A stretch of DNA of 64,000 nt, from assembly GCA_963721805.1 (NCBI GenBank), contig CAVRJY010000004.1, positions 288,516 to 352,515 of the forward strand, in the 5' to 3' direction. The notes under the pieces were generated by a model. That model made no database searches. It was not told the DNA's origin and saw only the letters and a list, made by a program, of their open reading frames with translations. The stretch's first letter is position 1. Each line of letters starts with the position of its first letter. A program made the translations under genes and the position numbers. This DNA is from Nitrospirota bacterium. GTDB taxonomy: Bacteria > Nitrospirota > Thermodesulfovibrionia > Thermodesulfovibrionales > JdFR-86. Positions 10,843 through 19,561 of this stretch are shown here, piece by piece.

Positions 10843-11349
10843 CTATTGCATCACGAATTCTGTGAAGTAGATGTTCTTGACCGCCTCGCCGCCCAGGGCC
10901 TGGTTGACCCTGAAGAGCAATTCGTCCTTGAGCTGGAACTTGCCCTCGGGCCCGGAGACCGCGTCGGAGGACTTGCTGCTGAGCACCGTGATTATCACGT
11001 CGCGGATCATGGCCATGTGCTGGTTAACGACCTCGACCTCGGCCGGATTTTTAAGTTCGAGGTGCATCGTGGCCTTAAGGTATCTTCCCGGGGCCGAGAG
11101 GTTCACGACAAAGGGCTCAAGCGGTATGATCGACTGGACCTTCCCGTCCTTGTCGCCGGACTTCGTCTCCTCGACCGCGGTCTTGTCACCGCCCTCGCCC
11201 CCGGCCGCTTTCTTGCCGATCCAGAGCTTGTACCCGCTGAAAGCGCCAATGCCGAACACCAGCACCGAGCCGCCGATGATTATCAGCATCTTGATATTTA
11301 GTTTTTTCTTGGGTGCCGGGGCCGGTGCCCCTTCAGTCTCTTCCGCCAT
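10843..11349 (-). CDS. fliL: Flagellar basal body-associated protein FliL
   Basis: Single TM helix, EPFVVNL and C-terminal IYFTEFVMQ; start at MAEET behind a GGAG-type RBS. Confidence 0.93.
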   Translation of the reverse strand: MAEETEGAPAPAPKKKLNIKMLIIIGGSVLVFGIGAFSGYKLWIGKKAAGGEGGDKTAVEETKSGDKDGKVQSIIPLEPFVVNLSAPGRYLKATMHLELKNPAEVEVVNQHMAMIRDVIITVLSSKSSDAVSGPEGKFQLKDELLFRVNQALGGEAVKNIYFTEFVMQ

Positions 11350-11390
11350 CGTGTGCTCCCTCCTCCTGACCCTGCGGTCATCCATTTATA

Positions 11391-11406
11391 TTCAAAGACC
11401 ATGCCT
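11391..11406 (-). promoter_or_regulatory. Putative sigma-54 (-24/-12) promoter of the fliL operon
   Basis: Minus strand reads AGGCATGGTCTTTGAA (consensus TGGCAC-N5-TTGC), with an IHF-like AATCAATGGGATA and TGAC/GTCA inverted motifs upstream. Confidence 0.5.
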
Positions 11407-11504
11407 GGATCTAGAACTTGATATCCCATTGATTTCTAACGATTTTATTTTTGACGGTCCCACGCACTCCGTCAATCGGCTGACAAAACGCTGGATTCCC
11501 AACT

Positions 11505-11556
11505 GGGGGCCGACTGGCCCCCCCTCACTATTCGCGTGGCCGACCGGCCCCGCTCA
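11505..11556 (+). repeat. REP-like double-hairpin repeat (family R2)
   Basis: GGGGGCCGACTGGCCCCC hairpin followed by TATTCGCG...CCGCTCA; recurs about 12 times in the window. Confidence 0.8.
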
Positions 11557-11647
11557 TTACGGGGCTGCGCCCCACTTGCACCCCCTACGAATGAGGAACA
11601 TAGATTGCCGGAGGGGATGCAAAAGTTACGGAAAGGAATTGAAGATT

Positions 11648-13231
11648 TTAGGAAGAGGTGCCCGTGGCACCCGTGGCACCTGTGGCCCCCTCGACGGGGA
11701 GGAGGACGCGGAAGGTGGTGCCCTTGCCTGTGGTGCTGCGCACCGTGATATCTCCGCCGTGGCGCTTGATGATGCCGTAGCTCACCGGCAGGCCGAGGCC
11801 TGTGCCCTTCCCCACGGGCTTGGTCGTGAAGAACGGCTCGAATATCCGGCCGAGGTTTTCGTCAGCTATGCCCGGGCCGTTGTCAGTGAACTCGGCCTCG
11901 ACGAAGTCCGCCCCCGATGCGTCCCTGGCCACCCGTGTGGTAATGTTCAGTTCGCCGCGGTTGTCCATCGCGTCTACGGCGTTTTGGATGATGTTCAGTA
12001 TGACCTGCTGGATCTGGTTTGAGTCCGCAAAGACCCGCGGGAGCCCCTCGGCGTACGAGGTGGCGATCATCACCTCCCTGAACTTCGACTGGTTGCGCAG
12101 TATCGTGACCGAGGCCGCGATCAGCTTGTTTAGGCTCACTGCCGCGCGCTCGGCCGGGGCCATCCGCGCAAAGCCCAGCAGGTCGCGTATGATCCGGGCG
12201 CAGCGCTCGGTCTGCGTTATGATCGCATCGAGGTCCTCGTGGTCCTCGGGCCGGTCGGCGGGGGTGCGGGCCTTCAGCAGGTGGGCGAAGGTCAGCACCC
12301 CGGTAAGGGGGTTGTTGAGCTCGTGGGCCACGCCGGCCGCCATCCGCCCGAGCGAGGCGAGCTTTTCGGCCCCCAGCATCTGGTCGTGGGCGAGGGCTAT
12401 CTCAGAGGTCTTGCGGTCGACCTCGGCCTGCAGTTGCTCGTTCCAGGTCTCGAGCTTCACGCGGTAGGCCCTGATATCAGAGGCCATCGAGTTGAAGGCC
12501 GAGGCGAGGCGGCCCATCTCGTCGCGGCTTTGGATCCCGATCGGGTGGATGAGCTCGCCCGAGGCGAGCTCCTGCATCCCGCGCCCCAGCGCGGCCATCG
12601 GCTTGGTGACGAACCTGCGAAGGACGAGGTATATCGCCCCGAATACGATCAGCGAGAGCACGACCCCGTAGGCCGCAACGCCAAGCGCGAGCCTCCGCGT
12701 CCCGGCCGTGAGGCGCTCGGCCGATACCGTGAGCCTGAGCACCCCGAGCACAGGCAGGGCCTGGGGGTGCTGGTGGCATGCGGCCGTGAAGCACTGGGGC
12801 TCGTTCGCTATCGGCATGAAGTAGCGCACGACGGGCGCCCCGTCGCTGTCGGCGGCCGGGCCGGTGGCCGAATCCATCGGCGCGGTGACGGCCTCGGTCG
12901 TGCCAACGCGTCCGGCCGAGGAGCTGAACGTCACCCTGCCTGAGGGCGCGATTACGTCTATCGCGCGCACCTCCCTTGCGTTTACCAGCTCCGAAAGCGT
13001 GGCCGAGATCTCGTTACGGAGCCCGCCGAGCATATCGCGCCTGAGGGCGTGGCCGGTGATGTCAGAGGCGAACCGAGCCTCGGCGCGGAGGTTTCCCAGC
13101 ATCACGGACTTTTCGTGGTTGTAAAGCAGCAGGCAGAACACCGCGCCGAAACATGCAGCCACGAGCCCCACGCCTAGGATGAGCCTTCCGGCCAGAGAGT
13201 TTATGGGGTTGTTCACGCCCAATTCTCCCAT
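11648..13231 (-). CDS. Membrane HAMP-domain sensor histidine kinase
   Basis: Two TM helices, HAMP, AGVAHELNNPL H-box, FEPFFTTKPVGKGTGLGL; periplasmic CFTAACH. Confidence 0.92.
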   Translation of the reverse strand: MGELGVNNPINSLAGRLILGVGLVAACFGAVFCLLLYNHEKSVMLGNLRAEARFASDITGHALRRDMLGGLRNEISATLSELVNAREVRAIDVIAPSGRVTFSSSAGRVGTTEAVTAPMDSATGPAADSDGAPVVRYFMPIANEPQCFTAACHQHPQALPVLGVLRLTVSAERLTAGTRRLALGVAAYGVVLSLIVFGAIYLVLRRFVTKPMAALGRGMQELASGELIHPIGIQSRDEMGRLASAFNSMASDIRAYRVKLETWNEQLQAEVDRKTSEIALAHDQMLGAEKLASLGRMAAGVAHELNNPLTGVLTFAHLLKARTPADRPEDHEDLDAIITQTERCARIIRDLLGFARMAPAERAAVSLNKLIAASVTILRNQSKFREVMIATSYAEGLPRVFADSNQIQQVILNIIQNAVDAMDNRGELNITTRVARDASGADFVEAEFTDNGPGIADENLGRIFEPFFTTKPVGKGTGLGLPVSYGIIKRHGGDITVRSTTGKGTTFRVLLPVEGATGATGATGTSS

Positions 13232-13313
13232 ATGGCTTGAGGCAACGTCAATATACAGGGAAAGCTGCTGCAATCGCGGGGGCGACTGCCCCATTGCTTT
13301 GTGCCGTGAAAAA

Positions 13314-13361
13314 GTGAGCGGTACTTCAGCACCGCAATAGGGAGAGGTGCCCGTGGCACCC
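13314..13361 (-). repeat. REP-like repeat (family R2 variant)
   Basis: Reverse complement: GGTGCCACGGGCACC hairpin followed by TATTGCGG...CCGCTCAC. Confidence 0.7.
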
Positions 13362-13434
13362 CCTGTCCACCCGGATAAAAACGCCGGAATGAAAGGGGCC
13401 CTGGACGCCCCGCTGAAGCATGGTATAATTCCGC

Positions 13435-14448
13435 ATGCGGATAGAGTTTTTGATATTCGACCTCGACGGCACTTTAGTGGAGACCTCAGAGGACCTCAGA
13501 GACGCCGTAAACCATGCCGTGACGCCCTTCGGCGCTGGGCCTTACGACGCGCCCGCGACGATCTCGATGGTCGGCGCGGGCATCGGGGAGCTCGTTAGAA
13601 AGGCGCTCGGCCCGGCGCAGGCCGGCCATTACGACGAGGCGTTCGCGCTATTTATGGAGTACTACACCGCGCACGTCGCCGACCACTCGAAGGCGTACCC
13701 GGGTGTGGAGGCCGCTCTGATAGCGCTGAAGGATCTGCGCAAGGCGGTGCTGTCGAACAAAAACGAGGCGCTCTCTAGGCTGCTGCTCGACAAGCTCGGG
13801 CTTTCGAAGCACTTCGACCTGATCGCGGGCGCGGATACGTATGCCGATCTAAAACCCTCGCCGCTTCCGATACTGCGGATGCTCGCCTCGCTCTCGGTGC
13901 CGATCAACCGCGCGATGATGATCGGCGACAGCTCGCAGGACATCGAGGCGGGCAGGCGCGCAGGGCTCCGCACGGTCGGCTGCGCCTACGGGTTTCGAGG
14001 CCGCGCCGCGCTCTCGGCCGCGGACTTCGTGATCGACTCGATCGAGGAGCTTCCGGGGCTGCTCGCCGCATACGAGGGCCCGGGCGAGAGGCGGAAAGAG
14101 GAGCGGCTCCGTCTGCCGGAACCGTTTCGGGAATACCTCAACGCGACCGTGCGCATCGGGGACGAGGACGTGCATGTCGAGGTCGACGAACTGAGCGAGC
14201 ACGGCCTGCGGATCTTCTGCCCGGTGCCGTTTGACGAAGGCACGAAGCGGACGCTGCGCGTCTCGATGCCGCAGTCGCACCAAAAAGAGGTCGGGATCGA
14301 GGCCCTGATCCACCACTGCTCGGACGCCTCCAACAGCACAAGCTTCCGCGCCGGCGGGCAGGTCACGCACGTCGACGACGAACTCCTCTACAGGGTATTT
14401 AAAAACACCTTGAGCTTCATCACGAACCGCGCGGGAAGGGTCTTTTAA
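13435..14448 (+). CDS. HAD-family phosphoglycolate-phosphatase-like enzyme fused to a C-terminal PilZ-like domain
   Basis: FDLDGTL, SNK, KP and IGDS..D HAD motifs; C-terminal ERRKEER and ELSEHG motifs. Confidence 0.8.
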   Translation: MRIEFLIFDLDGTLVETSEDLRDAVNHAVTPFGAGPYDAPATISMVGAGIGELVRKALGPAQAGHYDEAFALFMEYYTAHVADHSKAYPGVEAALIALKDLRKAVLSNKNEALSRLLLDKLGLSKHFDLIAGADTYADLKPSPLPILRMLASLSVPINRAMMIGDSSQDIEAGRRAGLRTVGCAYGFRGRAALSAADFVIDSIEELPGLLAAYEGPGERRKEERLRLPEPFREYLNATVRIGDEDVHVEVDELSEHGLRIFCPVPFDEGTKRTLRVSMPQSHQKEVGIEALIHHCSDASNSTSFRAGGQVTHVDDELLYRVFKNTLSFITNRAGRVF

Positions 14449-14496
14449 GGGGGCGGCTGTCCCGCTCCTGAGAAACATCGCTAGTACAAATATGCC

Positions 14497-15387
14497 CTAG
14501 ATCGCGAGTGCGGCGCGGTTGGCCGCGATGAGCATCGAGCCCTTCTCTAATCCGAGCACGCGCGCGACGACCTCGCACTTCGACTGAAACAGGAATATGA
14601 TCTCGGCCTGATCGTCCCCGAGGAGCGTCTCGAAGTTCCCCTGGCCCTTGCTTATGATCAGCGTGCCGGGGCGGCGGAAACGCTCGACGAACTCCGGAGG
14701 GCTCAGCTCAAGTATAGTCCCGACGCAGTCCGTGCCGTTGTCGATCACCTCGCACGCCTCGTCGAGCCCTATCGCGCGCGCGTCCTCCATCGTAGCGTCG
14801 TTGATGATCGGGCCGCCCTTTGCCACAGCGGTCACGCGCTTGCCCATCCCCGTAAGCGTCTCGATCAGGAGGCGGTCGAATACGGCCTCGCCGGTGTTGT
14901 CGAGCAGGTAGAGGATATCGTCGTGGCGCTTAAGCGCCGCAAGCAGCGCCGCGTATTCGTCGACCTCCAGAGGCCGCGTGAGAGCGCGCTCGACCGTGCC
15001 CTCTATATCGACCGTATCGTAAATACCAAAGTCGATCACGTTGCCGGCTACCGCGATGCGCACGGCGGTATGCAGCGGGTCCTCGCTTGCGTTGATGCGC
15101 GTCTTGAGGCTCGGGTACAGCGCCATGGCCTTGTGGTTGTATTCGTCCTTCACCGCGCGGTAAGGGTCCACGCCGAGGGCCTCGCGGATGGCGCGGTGCA
15201 TGTACGTCGTGCCGTGGGCCGGGGTGGTAGAGATGTCGGTGCGGGTGGCGTGGGCGAGAGCGGCCAGTATAGCGGCCATCGCGCGCGGGTTGCCCTCGAG
15301 CTCGCCGCCGGTGCTAGCCCCCGCGAGCCTCAGCGCTATGACCGATTGCCTGATGAAGCACGGGAAGCAGTCCTCGTGCACCTTCAT
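14497..15387 (-). CDS. Damage-control phosphatase, DUF89/ARMT1-like
   Basis: CFPC, AGNVIDFG, LLDNTGE and ISKGQGNFETL motifs; start is 15387 or 15411. Confidence 0.9.
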   Translation of the reverse strand: MKVHEDCFPCFIRQSVIALRLAGASTGGELEGNPRAMAAILAALAHATRTDISTTPAHGTTYMHRAIREALGVDPYRAVKDEYNHKAMALYPSLKTRINASEDPLHTAVRIAVAGNVIDFGIYDTVDIEGTVERALTRPLEVDEYAALLAALKRHDDILYLLDNTGEAVFDRLLIETLTGMGKRVTAVAKGGPIINDATMEDARAIGLDEACEVIDNGTDCVGTILELSPPEFVERFRRPGTLIISKGQGNFETLLGDDQAEIIFLFQSKCEVVARVLGLEKGSMLIAANRAALAI

Positions 15388-15442
15388 CCGCCTGCCGTCG
15401 AGATATCCCATCAGATATTGTAATCGTACCAGCCGGAGGTAT

Positions 15443-16213
15443 TCAAACGCCGAACATCTGCGAGCATTCGTACCGGCTCGCGACGTGCAGGGCCGGGCCG
15501 CCCGCGCCGAGCACCTCGCGGTGGCACTTAAGCGCGTGGCGCGGGGTGTTGTTCGTCTCGGACAGATGCGCGAGGCAGGCCCATCTAAGGCTGCGGCCAT
15601 GGGCGCTCAACAGTTCGGCGGCCTCGAGGTTCGATATATGCCCGCGCGGGCCCCGGATGCGGCGCTTGAGGTGCTCGGGGTACGGGCCCTCGTCGAGCAT
15701 CTTGGGGTCATAGTTGCTCTCTAAAAACACGGCGTCGAGCCCGGCGATCAGCTCGCCCAAGCCCTCAAACACATGGCCCAGGTCGGTCAGCACCCCAAGC
15801 CTCCGGCCTCCGTATGAGATCACGAAGACCGAGCCCTCGGCAGCGTCGTGCGGGGTGGGGATGCTCTCGACAGTGACCTCGCCTATGCGGATGGCATGGC
15901 CGCGCCTGAATGTGCGGACGTCAGAGAGCTTGCCGAGCGAGCCGGCGGCAGCGTCCATCGTCTTTGCGGTGGCGTAGATCGGCATGCCGAACTTGCGCTG
16001 GAATATCCCGGCCGAGCTTATGTGGTCGCTGTGGTCGTGGGAGATGATGAGCGCGTCGACGCGCGTGATGTCCTCTCCGAGCGAGGCGAGCCGCTCCTTT
16101 GCGCGGATGCCGGAGAGCCCTGCGTCGATCAGGATTCGCACCCCGCCGGCGCGGACGAAGATCGAGTTTCCGTTGCTGCCGGACTGTACCGATGCGGCGT
16201 GGATGCGATGCAT
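15443..16213 (-). CDS. MBL-fold metallo-hydrolase (YycJ/WalJ-like)
   Basis: SGSNGN, SHDHSDH, PHDA, TDLG, LESNYD, GHISN and AHLSETNN motifs. Confidence 0.92.
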   Translation of the reverse strand: MHRIHAASVQSGSNGNSIFVRAGGVRILIDAGLSGIRAKERLASLGEDITRVDALIISHDHSDHISSAGIFQRKFGMPIYATAKTMDAAAGSLGKLSDVRTFRRGHAIRIGEVTVESIPTPHDAAEGSVFVISYGGRRLGVLTDLGHVFEGLGELIAGLDAVFLESNYDPKMLDEGPYPEHLKRRIRGPRGHISNLEAAELLSAHGRSLRWACLAHLSETNNTPRHALKCHREVLGAGGPALHVASRYECSQMFGV

Positions 16214-16224
16214 AGGGTAGATTA

Positions 16225-16968
16225 TCAGCTTTGCGGCGGCTGCATCAACTGATCCCCGGTGGTGCGCGCAAGCGCGATGGCCGTCACCGATGCGGCCCCG
16301 GCGCGCCGGAGCGCGCGGCTGCACTCGCGCATGGTAGTGGTGGTCGTGATCACGTCGTCGAGCAGGATCAGGCGTCTGCCCTTGACCGCGGGCGTCGCCT
16401 TAAACGCGCCGCGCACGTTTTCTATCCTCTGGTGGCGCGAGAGGCCGAGCTGCGGCAGCGTATCGCGCGTCTTTATAAGCGCGTCCATCCAAAGCGGCGC
16501 GCCGGTGATGCGCCCGAGCTCGCGGCCCAGCAGCGCGGTCTGGCTGAACCCGCGCGAAAGCAGCGCGGACTTCGTCATCGGCACCGGCACGACCGCATCG
16601 AACGCCCCGATTAGCGGCATCGTGGCCAGCAGCGCGGCCAGCGGGCGCGCGAGGCGGCGCACAGAGCGGAACTTAAGCTCCGCTATCGCCGCGGCCATCG
16701 GCCCGTCATACGCACCATAGCACAGGGCCTGGTCGAATGCGGGAGGGTCGGCCATGCACTCAAGGCAGGTGTGCGCCCCGGCGGAGTGCAGGGGCTTTGC
16801 GCATATGCTGCATGAAGCGCCCTCAATCCTGCGGATGCCAGCCCAGCAGGCCGGGCATACAGGGGCGGTCGCATGTCCGGTGGCAGGGCCTCCGCAGACC
16901 GGGCAGCGGGCCGGGTATATGAGATCCAGAAGGAAGGAGGCTACGCGAGCTGGAGTTCTGCCTTGCAT
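16225..16968 (-). CDS. comF: ComF family double-zinc-ribbon/PRTase protein
   Basis: Paired CxxC motifs, VPVP, RGFSQ and LLDDVITT. Confidence 0.88.
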   Translation of the reverse strand: MQGRTPARVASFLLDLIYPARCPVCGGPATGHATAPVCPACWAGIRRIEGASCSICAKPLHSAGAHTCLECMADPPAFDQALCYGAYDGPMAAAIAELKFRSVRRLARPLAALLATMPLIGAFDAVVPVPMTKSALLSRGFSQTALLGRELGRITGAPLWMDALIKTRDTLPQLGLSRHQRIENVRGAFKATPAVKGRRLILLDDVITTTTTMRECSRALRRAGAASVTAIALARTTGDQLMQPPQS

Positions 16969-17489
16969 CGTCCGCAGCGCGGCAGCAGGATGCCGACCCT
17001 GTCGAGGCGCACGCGGTTCTTCGTGCCGCAGGCCTGGCAGTCGACTATGATGTATTCGGGCTCGGCGGGGGGAGGCTCGGGCGTGTGCGGGTCGGGAGCG
17101 TGCGGGGCATCGAGGGTCGCCATGGCGGGCTCCGGCGCGGCCTCTGGGGGCGCATCGGTTTCGGCCTCGCCATATACGCCGAGTTCCGCGAGAAGCTCGA
17201 TGAATCTGGCGTCGCGGCTGGTGAGCTCGACCCCCATCCCGTTTTTGACCATCGCAAAGCTCGTCCTCGTCGAGCGGCGCACGGTGCCGCTTATCGAGGA
17301 GCGGGTGCCGTCAGGGAAGATGAGTTCGATATTGGCCGTGCTGCCGACAGTCATTGGCGTGTGCGTGCGGATGAATATCCCGTGGGCGGAGATGTTGCTC
17401 GATATGCCCCTGATCGTGCGGCCATTCACCGTGAACTCAGCCTCGATCCGGCGCATGTAGCGCTTGCTGTCCTGCCTTTTCTGCGCCAT
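16941..17489 (-). CDS. PilZ-domain protein with C-terminal TrxC-type zinc ribbon
   Basis: KRQDSKR and NISAHG motifs; C-terminal CQACGTKNRV...PRCGRCK. Confidence 0.75.
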   Translation of the reverse strand: MAQKRQDSKRYMRRIEAEFTVNGRTIRGISSNISAHGIFIRTHTPMTVGSTANIELIFPDGTRSSISGTVRRSTRTSFAMVKNGMGVELTSRDARFIELLAELGVYGEAETDAPPEAAPEPAMATLDAPHAPDPHTPEPPPAEPEYIIVDCQACGTKNRVRLDRVGILLPRCGRCKAELQLA

Positions 17490-17599
17490 ACCCCCCCCCC
17501 GCTACAAAATTGTAACATTTATTTCTAGAGATAGAAATAGGGGTAGTGTGTATGCCATTTCATTCATGGCTTTATTGCTTCATTACTCGCCTAAGGTAT

Positions 17600-18607
17600 T
17601 TACAGCCTTTCTGTGTTAATATCAGTGCTGGTTACTTTATAGGTAGTTGTCTCTTTGCATCTCACATACCCTTTTTCATTGAAAATCACATAATTATCTC
17701 CGGTTGTCAATGAACTTTTAAATGTCACCCCATTAAACCCAAGATGCTTAAAGTACTCACAAAGATATTGACTTGGAAGATACTCAAGTGACGCCTCGCG
17801 TGGTAAAACTGGCTTGGAAAGCTCTTCACCAAAACTAATTAACATAGGCCTTAACTCATAAAGCTTTTTTAGATCTTCCTCTCCGACTATAAAAGGTGAT
17901 ATTGCATATCTCGGGTTTCTCAGGTCTGCTAGATTTAAATCCTTAACTGATTTAAACTCCGCGACTGTAACGGTATCGCCTTTATGAGGGCGCACTTCAG
18001 CAATAGCAGTTTTATAGTCAGACGAAGCGTATAGATATGGGATTCCAAAGGGGTTTGCCCTTCCACCTGATGTTTCATCAGAAGGGGGTTTACTCATTTC
18101 AGGGCAAGTATAACTTCGGTCTTCTAGGTTTATCCTTGCGCGAAATAGTTTTTTTGGCGATTCCTCATGTAAGTTGAAAAATAATTCATCAAATTGACCG
18201 ACATCAAATTTCTTTGGAAAATAGCGGTTTGAGTGTTTAAGTTCTTCTCGGAATTCATTCCATTGTATAATTTTACTTTGATCCTGAGATCTTGCAGGAA
18301 TATATTTATTCCTTGTGAGCGTTTTGTCTTTAAAAATCTCCGATATAAGGCTGTTTATTGTAGACCTCTTTGGCAGCTTGAAAATAGCCCAATCATCCTG
18401 AATTTGTTCGCTCAAATATTTTCCTTCAACTCCGTCAGACGTAACATATAAATCAATAATAGGCTGAAACAAATCGGATAGTGAACTTGGATAAATTATT
18501 GGAGTTTTCTTAGTTCCACAGAATGAGCAGTCACCCTTTCCAATTTTCTTTCTTTTGATGAATTGTGACAGGAAATCATCACTGAAACATTCAGGGCAAC
18601 AAAACAT
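17600..18607 (-). CDS. RES-domain protein with N-terminal Cys-rich domain (putative NAD+-targeting toxin)
   Basis: GRANPFGIPYLY, AIAEVR, YLPSQYLCE and FKSSL carry the R-E-S residues; CCPEC...CSFC N-terminus; AT-rich. Confidence 0.88.
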   Translation of the reverse strand: MFCCPECFSDDFLSQFIKRKKIGKGDCSFCGTKKTPIIYPSSLSDLFQPIIDLYVTSDGVEGKYLSEQIQDDWAIFKLPKRSTINSLISEIFKDKTLTRNKYIPARSQDQSKIIQWNEFREELKHSNRYFPKKFDVGQFDELFFNLHEESPKKLFRARINLEDRSYTCPEMSKPPSDETSGGRANPFGIPYLYASSDYKTAIAEVRPHKGDTVTVAEFKSVKDLNLADLRNPRYAISPFIVGEEDLKKLYELRPMLISFGEELSKPVLPREASLEYLPSQYLCEYFKHLGFNGVTFKSSLTTGDNYVIFNEKGYVRCKETTTYKVTSTDINTERL

Positions 18608-18610
18608 AAA

Positions 18611-19552
18611 TTACCCCTTTCTCGTGATGAAATCTGCCATTAATTCGATATGGTGTTGCATGGAAAGCTTCTTAATGTATCCAAGGCCGGGGAAATGCTG
18701 TCTTTTATAGAGTTCTAAATATTCCTTAGCTGCGTCTGACTTAAACATGTGTGTGTTATGCCGCGAATATTCTTTGTGCAGTTTTTCCAATGCTTCGAAA
18801 AATTTCCCAGCAGTGTTTGTTGGGCTTTCGCCATGCTCAGAAACGAAATGTCTTATAAACATATCATTGTCATCGTCAATATATGTCATATGGATAGCCA
18901 CTGCATATGCAGGGCCGCCCGATGTGCGATATTCATCGCCAACAATCAAAAAATCTCCAAACCCACTCATATTCTCGTCGGGAAACGTTACATGTAAGTC
19001 GGAGAAATGTTCAACCTCTGGATAATCAATGTTCCTTTTTACATTACTTACATTAAACCCATCTCTAACCAGTACACAATTATGATGGCTTTCAAAATGC
19101 TTACGATAAAGTTTTCCAGCGCTTTTCTCTCTAAATACATGTCGCTCAATGTGCGACAAGCCGCTTGTTATTTCAGATAAGTGTCTTCCTTCTTTATATC
19201 CATCGTGAATTAAGGTTATCCTCTGCCTTCGTTCAACAAAACTTTTGACATGATTAGGTATGCTTTTTTCGTTAACAATATAGCCCTTTGACATATTACT
19301 CTTGCCAGAGTGCTTATCAGCGAGCTCATCCAACTCAGATGACTTATTTGTTAGGTTGCCAACCTGCGGATTAACTATCAATACAAATTGAACTTTGCGC
19401 TTATTTAGCTCGTCAAGAGTACGTTCAAATGGCGGTGAAATTTCATTAACTGGTTCAATAATAGGGCAAATATTACTCGCGGCTAGAAGCTCAGCGTTTT
19501 CTTTTAAAAGAATTAGTTCGTACTGCTTTCCTCTTAAGTATGGATAGTACAT
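18611..19552 (-). CDS. Sce7725 family protein (beta-protein-like)
   Basis: MYYPYLRGKQYEL, PIIEPV, NPQVG, GFGDF, GGPAYAVAIH and GLGYIKKLSMQHH motifs. Confidence 0.85.
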   Translation of the reverse strand: MYYPYLRGKQYELILLKENAELLAASNICPIIEPVNEISPPFERTLDELNKRKVQFVLIVNPQVGNLTNKSSELDELADKHSGKSNMSKGYIVNEKSIPNHVKSFVERRQRITLIHDGYKEGRHLSEITSGLSHIERHVFREKSAGKLYRKHFESHHNCVLVRDGFNVSNVKRNIDYPEVEHFSDLHVTFPDENMSGFGDFLIVGDEYRTSGGPAYAVAIHMTYIDDDNDMFIRHFVSEHGESPTNTAGKFFEALEKLHKEYSRHNTHMFKSDAAKEYLELYKRQHFPGLGYIKKLSMQHHIELMADFITRKG

Positions 19553-19561
19553 TTCGGTTAA

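Noticed and set aside
9467..12022. Long plus-strand ORFs opposite the flagellar genes (and similar shadows at 27094, 37520, 46281, 57724)
   Set aside because: These are antisense or alternate-frame ORFs typical of high-GC DNA, overlapping well-supported genes and lacking motifs.
17500..17600. Left att site matching the 16-bp duplication at 22308
   Set aside because: No convincing copy of ATCATGCCGTTGACCA is present at the left island boundary.
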